From positions 1 through 46,355 of the forward strand of contig NIVC01001820.1 of assembly GCA_002269645.1 (NCBI GenBank): DNA of 46,355 bases, read 5' to 3'. This DNA is from Macrostomum lignano (lineage: Eukaryota). Below are positions 11,590 to 22,565 of this stretch, in pieces. The notes beneath the pieces were generated by a model, which worked only from the letters and a program-made list of their open reading frames with translations, ran no database searches and was not told where the DNA came from. Numbering within the stretch: position 1 is the stretch's first letter; each line of letters opens with the position of its first letter. The translations under genes were made by a program, and so were the position numbers.

Positions 11590-14062
11590 TCAATCAGCAC
11601 TAACAGACGCATGGCCGTTAGAGGTCCCGCAGTCTTCCAAATGCGGGAACAGCAACAGCAAGCTCTGTCTGGCGTCCGCATCCAAATTGAGTTCGAGCAG
11701 ACTGCGGCCGAACCTGGCCACGATAGACTGCAGGCCATGCTGGCAGGCCTCACGAAGAGCTGCCGGCAGGCGCAGGCAGGTGTCATAGGCCTGCGACAGC
11801 GGCAGCTGGTGCTGATAATTAAACTGTTGAAGCTGCTTGTTGGCTTGCTGACTCGCTGGTCGATACCGTCGCTGACTGTCGGAGTCTGACGGCGAGGTGG
11901 CGGCAGCGCGCGCAGCCGGAGCCATCAGCAGCAGCAGCTGGTCAAGTCCGTCGGCTTTAACGGCGGCCTCGAGGGTGCGGCCAAGCCGGAGCAGCAGGCC
12001 CAGCAGTTCGGGTAAGTCGCGTTGGACAACGCCGAACTCGTCCTCAGTGTAGGAGGCTTCGATCAGGGAGCACAGGACTCGCACCATTAGCACGTGCAGT
12101 TGGCAGGGCGCCAGCAATTCCAGCAGGTCGCTATGAGGCAGCGGCTCTTTAAGCCAGGCAGCCACACTGGCCAGGGGGTGATACACAAATCCGCCAAGAG
12201 TTGCAGAGCCGGCGCGTCGCTGCTGGCCGTCCAGCGACAAAGCTGAGGCGCCATCACCGACGCCTGGCTGCTGATCGTACTTAGCCGACGAACATGGCGG
12301 AGTCGGAGGCGGCGACAGCGGATCGGTGACGTGCAGCCGGGCGCGCAGGTGCGGCGGTAGCAGGGCCCGCTGCATAGCCACCCGGCCAGGCAGGCGGCCC
12401 TCGCTGCGCAACTGCCGGTGCCGATCGCGAAGTCCGGCCAGCAGGCAGCCGAGCCGCAGCCGGGCCTCGTCGCTGGCCAGCTCCCAGACTCGAGGCCGGC
12501 CGGCTAGCGGGCTGATGGCGAACACCGCCCTGCGGCAGGCCGGCTCGCCCAGCTGCCGGCACAGGGCGGACCAGGCCAGCAGGCGGGTCAGCTCGGGATG
12601 GCAGCCTTGACCGCCTCCATCGGTCATTGTCGGACAGTTGCCGGACAGCATGGCCGGGCCAGTGACCTCTTCGGGTAGGCCGAACTCAGTCGATGCCTCC
12701 AGCACTAGCGGCGCTTCGGGTCGGCCAAGCCACAGCCTGGCCAGCTCGGCCGCGGCCGAGGCGGACATCAGCAGGTGCAGGCAGAGGAGCATCAGGCGGA
12801 CGGCCAGACGAGGCGACATCGGCACGGCTAATGCGGAGCGGAGAGCCGGCCGGCCAAGGCAGACGGTTAGGCAGGCGTAGATCAGGGCGCTGGCGCAGAC
12901 TAGGCGCAGGGCTAGGCGTTTGTTCCGGCGCCAGGCGTCCCTCAGCTGGGCGGTCATGCAGCGCAAAGCGTGCAGCCTAGGCTGCAGCAGGTGCTGGCTA
13001 GCCGAGGTGGCAGTCAGGGCCGAGGTGACCACGGTGCGACCGTTGGCCAGCAGCAGGCTGGCTAGGCGAGCCGCGCAGGCCAGCTGGCCGGCCAGCATGG
13101 TGACGAGAAAGGCGTCGCTGAATTGCCCGGTGCCGGCGGCAAAGATTTCGCCGCTGCCTGATTAGTGAGGATTAATTGGGGATTATTCGGTTCGCTTAGC
13201 ATTTTGGTATGTTTAGTTGTGAGTTAATCCAACAGAACGGCTTTATTGAACTTAGATTGCATAAATAAGTGTAAATACATATTGAGTACATATTGGCCCA
13301 TACAGGTACAATGGAGTGTATATTGACTCACACAGGTACAATGGAGTGTATATTGGCTCATACAGGTACAATTGAATATACATTGGCTCACACAGGTACA
13401 ATGGAGTGTATATTGACTCACACAGGTACAATGGAGTGTATATTGGCTCATACAGGTACAATGGAGTGTATATTGGCTCATACAGGTACAATGGAGTGTA
13501 TATTGGCTCATACAGGTACAATGGAGTGTATATTGGCTCATACAGGTACAATGGAGTGTACATTGGCTCATACAGGTACAATGGAGTGTACATTGGCTCA
13601 TACAGGTACAATTGAGTTACATTGACTCCTACAAGACATAAGATGTAGTTGACAGGTTACTTAGACCACCTGACTATGCTACTATCACTAGACAGATGTA
13701 CTGTACACAGCCCTAAGTAAACAAGAACCCAACCAACCTGTCAGACGATAGCAAGCAAGGCAAAACAGAAATGTTGGCACAGCCTGCGAGGCCCACAGTC
13801 CCATATTGCGCCAGCACACGTGTTTAGTAACCAGGCTGTGCCTCTCCCTATAAATAGTGTCAGCCAGAGCCGGCCTGCGCCACATATCTGCCACTAGAAG
13901 CAACTGGCCAAGCCAGGTGGCACCTAGGGCGGAAACAAATGGCAGCGATAGTAGCAGACTGACTGGCCTACGCCAAGACAATAGACATTCAGCCAGTGAT
14001 AGGCCAATCAGAGACAGAGCCCCAATGGCACATGTCCACAGACAGCAGGCTTGAAGGCGCAT
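11590..14062 (-). CDS. NDC1: Transmembrane nucleoporin NDC1 (TMEM48), ~630 aa, 2 exons
   Basis: Exons 14062-13738 and 13157-11590 (phase-1 intron, AG|GTTGGT...CAG; 1893 nt). Multiple hydrophobic N-terminal segments. C-terminal LCSLIEASYTEDEFGVVQRDLPELLGLLLRL matches the NDC1 signature (human [22 protein letters not shown], recalled). RRAVFAISPLAGRPRVW resembles RRQEVFSLSQPGGHPHNW. Confidence 0.88.
13291..13633. repeat. 30-bp minisatellite, ~11 copies, in the NDC1 intron
   Basis: Unit TATTGGCTCATACAGGTACAATGGAGTGTA. Confidence 0.97.
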
Positions 14063-14337
14063 TTTTTATTCAATTTAGATTTAAATAGGCATAGGTTTTT
14101 AGTGTTCTTCGCTGAAACAATTTAAATGATGTTCAGACATTCTTAAATTGTGCTTAAAAGTTAACAAAATTATCTTCAGAAGCAAGGCAATAAATATTGC
14201 AGAGTATTATTTTCTCTAAAAACTGCTTACAAAATAATTTTAATGGAGAAAAAAACTAAAAACAAGCATTATTAAGATAGGAGATAGTATGATTAAAGAC
14301 CACTTGTACACTTCTTTATCATATTTCTGAAGACCAA

Positions 14338-15097
14338 AGGGGTTGGGGTTGTAGCCTAGTGGTTAGTGTTGGAATCATGACTTGAAGGTCAGGGGTTCGA
14401 TTCCCAATCCCACTGGAACAATTTGTGTCCTCGAGCAAGACACTCAACTCTGCATTGCTTCAGTTCACCCAGCTGTAAAATGGGTGCCAGCATTAGCTGG
14501 AGTAATTGAGGGTGTGGCGACCCCCCAATCCTAGTACTGAACAGCCATATGCAGCCTTCAGATGCATCACACAATAGCTGCAGCTGAGCTGTCAGTTGCA
14601 CATCTAGCCCAATTGGCAATTGAGGCAGCCCACTGAAAAACAGAGAAGGATTTTGGTTTGGATTTTTTAGTTCAGCGGGATATTCTCTTTATCCATTCAG
14701 TGAGAGAATATCCAGTTGTTTCTTTGGATAAGTGATGCCAACTTTACATATCCGGATGTTTTGTTTAGATAAGTCACATATCCGGGTGATAGTCTAGATA
14801 TTTGTCCGGATACAACTTGTCCAGATATAGCAGAGTATCCAAACCAAGTGGTTTGGTATCCAGATGAAAAGTTCAGAAATTTTTGTCCAGATAAGTCACA
14901 TATCCGGGTGATAGTCTAGATATTCATCCAGGTATGACTTGTCCAGATATAATTCAGATAAAATGTCATATCTAGATATATCTGGCCATTTATTTGGAAA
15001 AGTGCCCCTATCCGGATCCAGATACACTATATCCAAACCAAATATCTGTCCCTATTTTTCAGCAAGAGGTGTAATCAAATTTTATTATTATTGTTAT
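14338..15097 (+). mobile_element. tRNA-derived SINE with CORE-like central domain, carrying a nested insertion
   Basis: A box TAGCCTAGTGG (14352-14362) and B box GGTTCGATTCC (14394-14404). 14424-14484 TGTGTCCTCGAGCAAGACACTCAAC...CAGCTGTAAAATGGG resembles the CORE consensus TGTGACCTTGGGCAAGTCACTTAAC...ATCTGTAAAATGGG. (ATT)n tail. 10-bp TSD TGAAGACCAA (14328-14337, 15098-15107). Confidence 0.78.
14629..15066. mobile_element. Putative non-autonomous DNA transposon nested in the SINE
   Basis: Degenerate TIR CCCACTGAAAAA/TTTTTCAGCAAG; AG on both flanks; internal ATCCAGATA/TATCCGG motifs and a ~60-bp duplication (about 14767 and 14889). Confidence 0.4.
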
Positions 15098-15448
15098 TGA
15101 AGACCAACATAATAAATGAGCAAGATTTATTGCTGCTATATATGCAGAACCAAGTGAAAAGGTTTATGAAGACTAACTTCTCAATAATAATTTAGCTATC
15201 AGTATGGTAACATTGCTAGAAAACTATTAAAGTACAAACCTATAGCATAATTTATTACTTGGTAATTTACAAATATTGCATTAAGTATATAATACAGGCC
15301 TATTAGGACAACAATAATGATTTAGGCCTATTTATAGTCTTACTATTTATTGAATTAGGCATGTTACATAGACTTAGCATTATATATATTCTTATATTCC
15401 TATTCTTATAATTCTATAATTTATAATCTTTATCACTAGGACCATGAA

Positions 15449-15620
15449 AATGCTCGGGCACAACCTAGGGATTCACCCAGCCATTTCTATTGGCAACACA
15501 CACATGTAAGTTGCTATTGGATAGAATAGTAGTCATGTGACTGCTCTCAGCCAATAGCGACTTACATGTATATGTTGCCAATAGAAACAGCCAGGTGAAT
15601 CCTAAGGTTGCGCATGTATG
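15449..15620. mobile_element. Fold-back element related to the hAT MITE at 3047
   Basis: Ends in GGTTGCGCATGTATG, the same TIR as 3306-3319. 15461-15610 is an almost continuous imperfect palindrome. Flanks ACCATGAA/ACCATGAC resemble an 8-bp TSD. The left TIR is decayed. Confidence 0.6.
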
Positions 15621-16130
15621 ACCATGACTTTAGATTAAAGGAAAGTCTAACAAACATGAAGATTTTATTAAATTTGTATAAAGAAACTTTAATGTTTTTA
15701 TAGATCAATTTATACCTAGCAATAAAATACTTTTAAATGATAAGAATAAGCATTTATATTAAGGCTATTATAGCCTATATTTTATTCTTGATTTACCTAA
15801 GCTAATATCTTTATTTAGGAGAATGGCTAGGTTTATAAATGCATCTTTTCCTAAGATTCTTTCACTTGAATTGCTACTAAATATTATATACTTGAATTTA
15901 CTCTCTACTTTATTTCATTTTAATCTTTTTTAATATCTTACTTATCAATACTATACATATATGCACAACCCCGTGGGCCCTAATTTACAAATATAATTTA
16001 AACAATGAAAAGAAACTATAAGTTATTTTGTATTTAAAAAATGTACATACTAAATATGAATATTGCTATAGAATATTAGCAAATTGAAATAGTTCTTAAT
16101 ATTTTTTCTTATTTCAAAACTTAATATATA

Positions 16131-17426
16131 TGAGGGTCAGTCAAAAAGTAATGATAATTTTGTTCTCACAAGTCTCAAACTTTAAATGGAAATCTACTTT
16201 TCAACATAGTCCCCCTCCAGGGTCAGTGATGCAGAGGTGCAGTGTCGCCATCTCTCTAGGCCGTTTGCGTAGAACTCAGGAGGCTGTGCAGCAAGCTACT
16301 GTACAGTAGCCTTTTTGGCAGCCTCTTTGTACTCATCTTGGACTCCTTTGATTGCTTTCATAAGCTTGGGAAGCAAAAAAAGTCCGAAAGAGCCAAACCA
16401 GGACTATATTGAAGATGCTGGAGGATTTCCCAGCAGAAATCTTGCAGGGCTTCATGGCAGAGCTGAGAAGTGTGAGCTGGTGCATTGTCGTGGTGAAAGA
16501 GAATCCCAAGGTGCATCTTGCCATGTTGCTTTTTGGCCAGTTCGATGCGGAGCTTTTACAGAAGCGACTCATAATAGGTGGCATTGATGGTCTTCTGGCT
16601 TTCTAAGAAGTCCACCGTCACCACTCCCTCAACATCCCAGAGAATTGTCGCCAAGACCTTTGCTGCAGACCATTCCGAATGGAACTTCTTGGGGCTGCTG
16701 AATCTCGTGGCAGCCACTCCTTGGATTGGACCTTGGACTTGGGATTGTATTGAAATATTCATGTTTCATCCCCGGTCACTAAGTGCTGGTAACTGTTTTC
16801 TGAATCAGCGTCCAAGCGGTTCAGCAGGTTTATGGCGCACTCAATGCATTGAACCCAGTGTTCAGGCCGCAACAGCCGCGGGACCCAGCAAGCACTCAGC
16901 TTGCTCAGACCAAGATAGTCCATCACAATGGAGTGAGCACTGCCATGAGCAATGCCCACTTTTTCAGCAATATTGTCTATGGTCACGCGCCAATCCAGCT
17001 CAATTACTGGCTGCACAGCTACCACATTTTCCCCTGTGCGCGATGTTGTGGGCCTTCCCGACCACTGGGCGTCTTTTGTGGACTCTTGGCCTTCCTTAAA
17101 AGCCTGAATCTAGCAGTAAATGGTTGGATCTAGTGGAGCAATGTCCCCATAGACCTTCTTCAAAGTGTCAATGATTTTGGCTGGCTTCCAACCAAGCTAT
17201 ACAAGAAATGTCACGTTAGTACAAGCTTCGATTTTTGAATTTTCCATTGCTTAAAGGATATACTGTGATTAGTGTCACCATGCAAGCATCAATCACTTTA
17301 GAAGAACCAAAACTCTGTCAAATAAAGATCAAAAGATGTTTTTTCAAATGAAACCAGTTGCAGTTCAATAACTCTGATATTTTAGGCGGTACAACAAAAT
17401 TATCATTACTTTTTGACTGACCCTCG
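16131..17426 (-). mobile_element. Full-length (1296 bp) mariner DD34D transposon with a pseudogenised transposase
   Basis: 34-bp TIRs (16131-16164, 17393-17426; 1 mismatch) and TA TSDs. Minus-strand pieces: WVPRLL, LVTGDET, HHDNAPAH-...-YSPGLALSD (34 residues between the 2nd and 3rd Asp). Several stops and frameshifts. Confidence 0.95.
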
Positions 17427-19099
17427 TATTTATTAAATATAAGTTAATAATTAAACAAAGTAGGACAATGGCATAACAAAATTCAATGGGGAACATCTTA
17501 GAAGTTAAAACCTTAAAAGAAAAAGACTGAATTTAAGCTTACTTTAAAAAAATTGATCTGCTTCTATCCTTGCAATTTTTGTTTCTACCAAAGTAGAGAA
17601 TAATAATAATGATAGATTAAGATTTGATTTTAATTTGATAGTTTGCATTTAAAGCCATACTTTGCATAAAAATAATGTTGACTTTCAGTTTTGAATTTTG
17701 ACAATTTATTGAAAATTATTTTGAAATTTTGGTTAGGTGGCCTATATTAAACAAGGCATTCATGTTAAAAAATATTGTATATTATATTCTTTATTTAAAG
17801 TAAATTTTGATTTCTATTCCTATTTTTTAAACTATAATTGCATGCATATTATTTCTAATAATCTCAATCATTTCTATTATAATACAGTAACAATGACTAT
17901 GATAGCCACACTCCAAATCATGTAGTATATGCCAAAAAAATTGGGTATGCATTGGCCTTGCATGACTAAATTAGGCATGCACAATTGGTGTACATCACTC
18001 CTGAGAAAATAGTATCTATTAGCGTGCATATCTGGCATGCACCTGGCATGCACACTATAGAATCACATATAAGAGTTATTGTAAAGTAAAAAAATGAAAA
18101 AAAGTTAATTTTTAAGTGTAAATTTCAAGCTTATAAAAAGCGTTTAAGCAAATCTTTGTATGTATAAATTTTCTGCTATAAATAGTATTGCTAAAAAAGC
18201 ATTAAAATCAACTAAATTATCTGCTAGGCCTAATAAAAGTCTATAATGCAATTTAGAAAAGGTCATTTTTGTAACAACATAAAAAGGTCATTTATTGTTG
18301 CAACATGGCATATTTTTGAAAATGGGCATGCACCAAATTTTTTTGGCATGCATTTGTAATTTCTCAATTTTTATTCAGGCATGCACCCAGCATGATCCAG
18401 ACTATAGTATGATAGGCCTAATTCTTTAAAAACTTTTCTTAGAAAATATTGTGTTTAAAAGCATGCAAATTTGTTTAAACATATTGAAATTATTATAACT
18501 ATTATGAAATTTTGTAGTTTTATTTCAATTAAACTGCAATAAATAAAGAAACCTATAAACATAAAGCAATTAGCAGAAAAATTATGGAGTACTTATAGGC
18601 ATGGCAGCCGTGTCTATAATATTTGAGCTTATAGTTATAGGCACAGCTATAATCATCAATATAAAATGTATGTTCTATAGGGCACTTGCACAATCAAATG
18701 GTGGCTTAATAGATAAGACAATTGCCTCAAGATTGCGTGTAGCAAGGTTTAAATCCTAAGTGGTCATAGTTTTTTTAATTTGAATTTTTTAGCAAACAAA
18801 TTTTTGTCTTGAAGTTTTTAAGACAAGTTTTTTGAAGTTTTTTAATTTAATTAATTTCTTTTTAATAAGAATAACACTGAATCTTAAAGTGTGGCTGATA
18901 TGTATCAAAAAAATATTTTTTTTAGTAGCTACATATATATAATTGTGGCTGTACTTTAAAATGATTTTGTATTACTTTTAAAAATGAAATAAAAAGTCAA
19001 AAAAACTCTGACTTTTCAATCAATTGATCTTTTCATCCAATTGATGATTATAGGCCTTTACATAGCATAGCAGCTGTGCCTATAAGCTACAATATTAGA

Positions 19100-19412
19100 C
19101 ATGGCTACCCACTGTGTTTCTAAGTGTGAACCCATTCAATACTAACAACATGGCCACCTACCATGTTTCTAAGTGTGAACCCATTCAATATTAACAACAT
19201 GGCTGCTATGAAAGTTTCATTGATATGGTGGCCATGTCTCTAATAATGACTAGATCCATACTTAGAGACATGGCGACCATGTCTATAATGTAAAAACTTA
19301 TAGACACAGCGGCCATGTTTATAAGTATCAACCCAGTTACTATTAGAGACATGGCTACTGTGTCTATAAGTTTCTGCAGTATAGACATGGTTGTTGATGC
19401 CATTGCCATGTC
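19100..19412. repeat. Degenerate array of GACATGG-N3-CCATGTC palindromes with 81-bp periodicity
   Basis: Motifs at 19222, 19267, 19303, 19348 and 19384 (spacing 45/36/45/36), plus a ~51-bp tandem duplication at about 19100-19203. Confidence 0.7.
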
Positions 19413-20097
19413 TCTCGTCTAAGTGTGGCAAAAAATTAACCTTGTTTGCTTTCTTCAAGCTTCTATCTATATAAAAAGGATTAAGCAAATACTTATTTCT
19501 ACTTTAGTTATTTAGTAACATTAAAAGCCTTTTGAGATTAGAAAAACTCATTCATTTAATTCTTAGGCTCAAGCCTCAAGTTAGACTGTTAGAGAATGAG
19601 ACCTGACCTCTAGATTAAATATCTAGAAAATTGCCTAAGAAGGCAGATCTACCAAAAGGTAATAACATCTAAACATAGGGCCTAAGATCTGAGAATTTGC
19701 TTCATCAGGGCAGTAGTCCTAAACCTACCAGAGGATAACTATAAGCTATGACCCTTTGAACTCAAGGATTCCCAGTAATGCTAATGCCTTAGACTAGGCC
19801 CTAGGCCCTAAGAAAAAAGTATCAATAGGAGAGAGCTATGATATAGATCTAAGACATACAATAGGATAAAGTACAGTGCCATAAGACTGCTTAGCCCAAT
19901 AGAACTATACACTACCGTACAAAGTACAGTATTAAAATTATATCAGAAGTTAAATCCGAGACCGAGTCACGAGATGGGACCTGCATCCCCTGCATGGGCG
20001 CACATTTTACGTTTTTTAAATAATCGCTAGCGTTGAGTTGACCAGCAAGTTACATTCGTAAACAAATGAAGTTCCTAAAGTTACGGCGTGAATGTAT

Positions 20098-20357
20098 GGG
20101 CCTTTTCATATTACCAATTCCAGAACCAGAATCGGTTCGGAATTCCAAGAAAAACAGCAGTATAACTATTAAACTCTGTTAATAGTTGACTGCCTTAACA
20201 ACCTAACTTAGCACAATTTTTCACTTTCTTCTTGGCGATTGTCATTCAATAATAAAAACTTTATAGCACGTATCTCCCTCTAGTTATGGAGACAATAAGT
20301 TATACATCACAAATTGGTTCTGGTTCTGGAACCAGAGCAAGCAATATGAAAAGGCCC
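20098..20357. mobile_element. MITE (260 bp) of the same family as 1280-1643
   Basis: Perfect 15-bp TIR GGGCCTTTTCATATT/AATATGAAAAGGCCC (18 bp including flanking TAT/ATA); subterminal CCAGAACCAG motifs. TSD is ambiguous. Confidence 0.65.
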
Positions 20358-21084
20358 ATATTATAGCATGTGCTCTTGAATAAAATAAAATAATATATTT
20401 TCTAGAAAGAACCTATTTCAGAATATATAGCTATATGTATCATGGTGCAGTGTTATAAGTTAAATTAATTTAATATAAGGAATGTTCTACTTCTAGGTAC
20501 GCCGTTTAGTCAGATGTTTGCCTGCGATTGCTATATGCATGAAACATGCATTTGCAGTATATCTAGATACACGTAGTACTGGATAACCTTGCATTCCTTA
20601 CTAGCCAGGTTAGAAGTTTCAGAGTTTGATGCTAGGACGATTCAAGTAAATAAAGGCTTCAGTGGTCCGTGAAATGAACCACAATTTACAAATCAGCTTG
20701 AGTGCATCGACATGCTACAGGAACACTTCCATTATGGTCGCTATACATTACATTATCTTCTAGTAGTCCTTGACGTGCATATCTACATGTAGCTACATTA
20801 TGCCTGTTTGTACTTGTTCCAATCATCACCGCAACACATTCGAGATTGTTTTTACCGAGGAATCGAATGGAGCGCATTTACATGTATTGACCAACTGAAA
20901 CGAGTGGTGACGTGTTTTACATGTCTGTAAAATTTCTGCACCGGATTTAGGAAATTTGCATCGTTTCATCGAATCCCGCAATACAATTGTAGGACAACTA
21001 TAGATGTAAGCATCTCTTTTCCGCCGCGATATGTCTTCTGGATGTACCAAGCGGCCGGATTGCTGCTGCGTTTTTAAAGAGCAA

Positions 21085-21632
21085 TGTGACGATATCTGGT
21101 CCGAGTTCGCGTGCTGACGGGCTGCTATTAAAGTAGTGAGTAAACACACAGTTAGTGGTGACGATAACTGACGGCGCCGATAATTCGATTACGGATTATG
21201 TATATTTGCAGGTTACACATGTAGTGGTTATTGATTGCTGATGCTAACTGGTAACGAACAATTGCAGTGTCAATGGAATGGCTTCGAAGATGACCTTAGT
21301 GGGTCACACTACTAAATTGAGAGCGATCTTGAACTACTGTTTTTTTCAGTGTTTACTAAAATCAATCAGTGTTTACTAAAATCAATCAGTGTTTACTAAA
21401 ATCAAATGACTGGCGATAGGAACAGCAGCCGCACACCACGCTCAGTCTTCTCCGAAGCCACAGAATTCAAAATGTTAAATATAACTATTTAATGCAGTAA
21501 AACAAAGCATTGCTTACTATTTTCAATAAACATAAAAGTGAAACCAATTGATATAAATAAAGTACATATTAAATACTTTTTAGTAGATATTAATCGACGA
21601 ACTGGGAGAATAAAAGAACCACCAACGTCACA
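21085..21632 (-). repeat. 3' LTR (548 bp)
   Basis: By eye, identical to 29291-29834 except an extra ATTG (TTATTGATTGCTG vs TTATTGCTG). Contains 3 copies of the 20-mer CAGTGTTTACTAAAATCAAT. Confidence 0.98.
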
Positions 21633-21647
21633 CTCGCCTCTCTCCCA
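21633..21647 (-). promoter_or_regulatory. Polypurine tract
   Basis: Minus strand TGGGAGAGAGGCGAG abuts the 3' LTR. Confidence 0.9.
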
Positions 21648-22032
21648 AAAAACAAAAAAACGAAGCGCTTTCTACTTCAAGTAGTGATTTCGAACATTGT
21701 TTTTCAAAATGAATTTGGTACGATTGGGCCGCGTTGCAAAAATCGAATTTTTTGAACAATTGAAGATAATTTCGCAAAGTAGAACGATGGAGTTAAAGTG
21801 AACATTCCAACGAAACAGCAACAAGGATTGATTGATTTTTAAACGCATGCGCAGCTAGCATTTGGATAGAGGAGTAAAATGTGATATTCGCGCGAACAAG
21901 GAAGCCTAATAACGAATAAGTAGTGACAACTGAATATTGATAATTATGACAAAATTTACTGACAGCATCGACGGGACCCGTGCTGCAGACGCCTCAGACT
22001 CGAACACCGCGCCAAGAACTTGCACTGCGCGG

Positions 22033-22330
22033 CCAGCAGTTGATGAAGCGGCCGGCTGCCGCCAGCAGATGATGAAGCGGCCGGCTGCCGCCAGCAGATG
22101 ATGAAGCGGCCGGATGCCGCCAGCAGATGATGAAGCGGCCGGATGCCGCCAGCAGATGATGAAGCGGCCGACTGCCGCCAGCAGATGATGAAGCGGCCGA
22201 CTGCCGCCAGCAGTTGATGAAGCGGCCGACTGCCGCCAGCGGATGATGAAGCGGCCGACTGCCGCCAGCAGTTGATGAAGCGGCCGACTGCCGCCAGCAG
22301 ATGATGAAGCGGCCGACTGCCGCCAGCAGA
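22033..22330. repeat. 29-bp tandem repeat, 10 copies, in the retrotransposon 3'UTR
   Basis: Unit CCAGCAG(A/T)TGATGAAGCGGCCG(G/A)CTGCCG. Confidence 0.97.
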
Positions 22331-22565
22331 AACCCGCACCAGACAACGGAACAACAGATAACCAGCCACACAGAGAAGCGCACAGCACGGCACCAGGCAC
22401 CACACAACACAGCCAAACATAACCACGGCAACCCACCACAACGGCCAGCAACACAGAAAAAAACAAAGAGCAACCACACCGGAAGGGCACCGCCCCAAAG
22501 CAACAGAAGCCACCCCGGAGGAGCACATCACAGGCAGCAGACTACACCCCCCGAAAGGGCAGGGA

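Noticed and set aside
10570-11593. Minus-strand repeat ORFs (PSTTGLV)n and (NNRFSAI)n
   Set aside because: They are open only because the 21-bp unit lacks stops in those frames; there is no splice or domain support.
13224-13625. Four overlapping ORFs in the NDC1 intron
   Set aside because: They are translations of the 30-bp minisatellite.
14345-14415. Functional tRNA gene (likewise the heads at 30680-30750 and 40880-40948)
   Set aside because: The anticodon arm does not pair convincingly, and each head continues into a SINE body bounded by TSDs.
17900-18410. Old MITE suggested by inverted ATGCCAAAAAAATTGG/CCAAATTTTTTTGGCAT and GCATGCAC repeats
   Set aside because: The termini and TSD are too decayed to define boundaries.
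19222-19412. p53 response elements
   Set aside because: The CATG cores are 5 bp apart and followed by G. p53 sites need RRRCWWGYYY half-sites with 6 bp between cores.
20500-21084. Possible coding or transposon sequence at the Gypsy insertion site
   Set aside because: Translations on both strands gave no recognisable motif and no continuity with the flank beyond 29838.
22033-22330. CRISPR-like appearance of the 29-bp, 30-bp (13291) and 40-bp (31387) arrays
   Set aside because: Units are head-to-tail with no unique spacers, there are no cas genes, and the context is eukaryotic.
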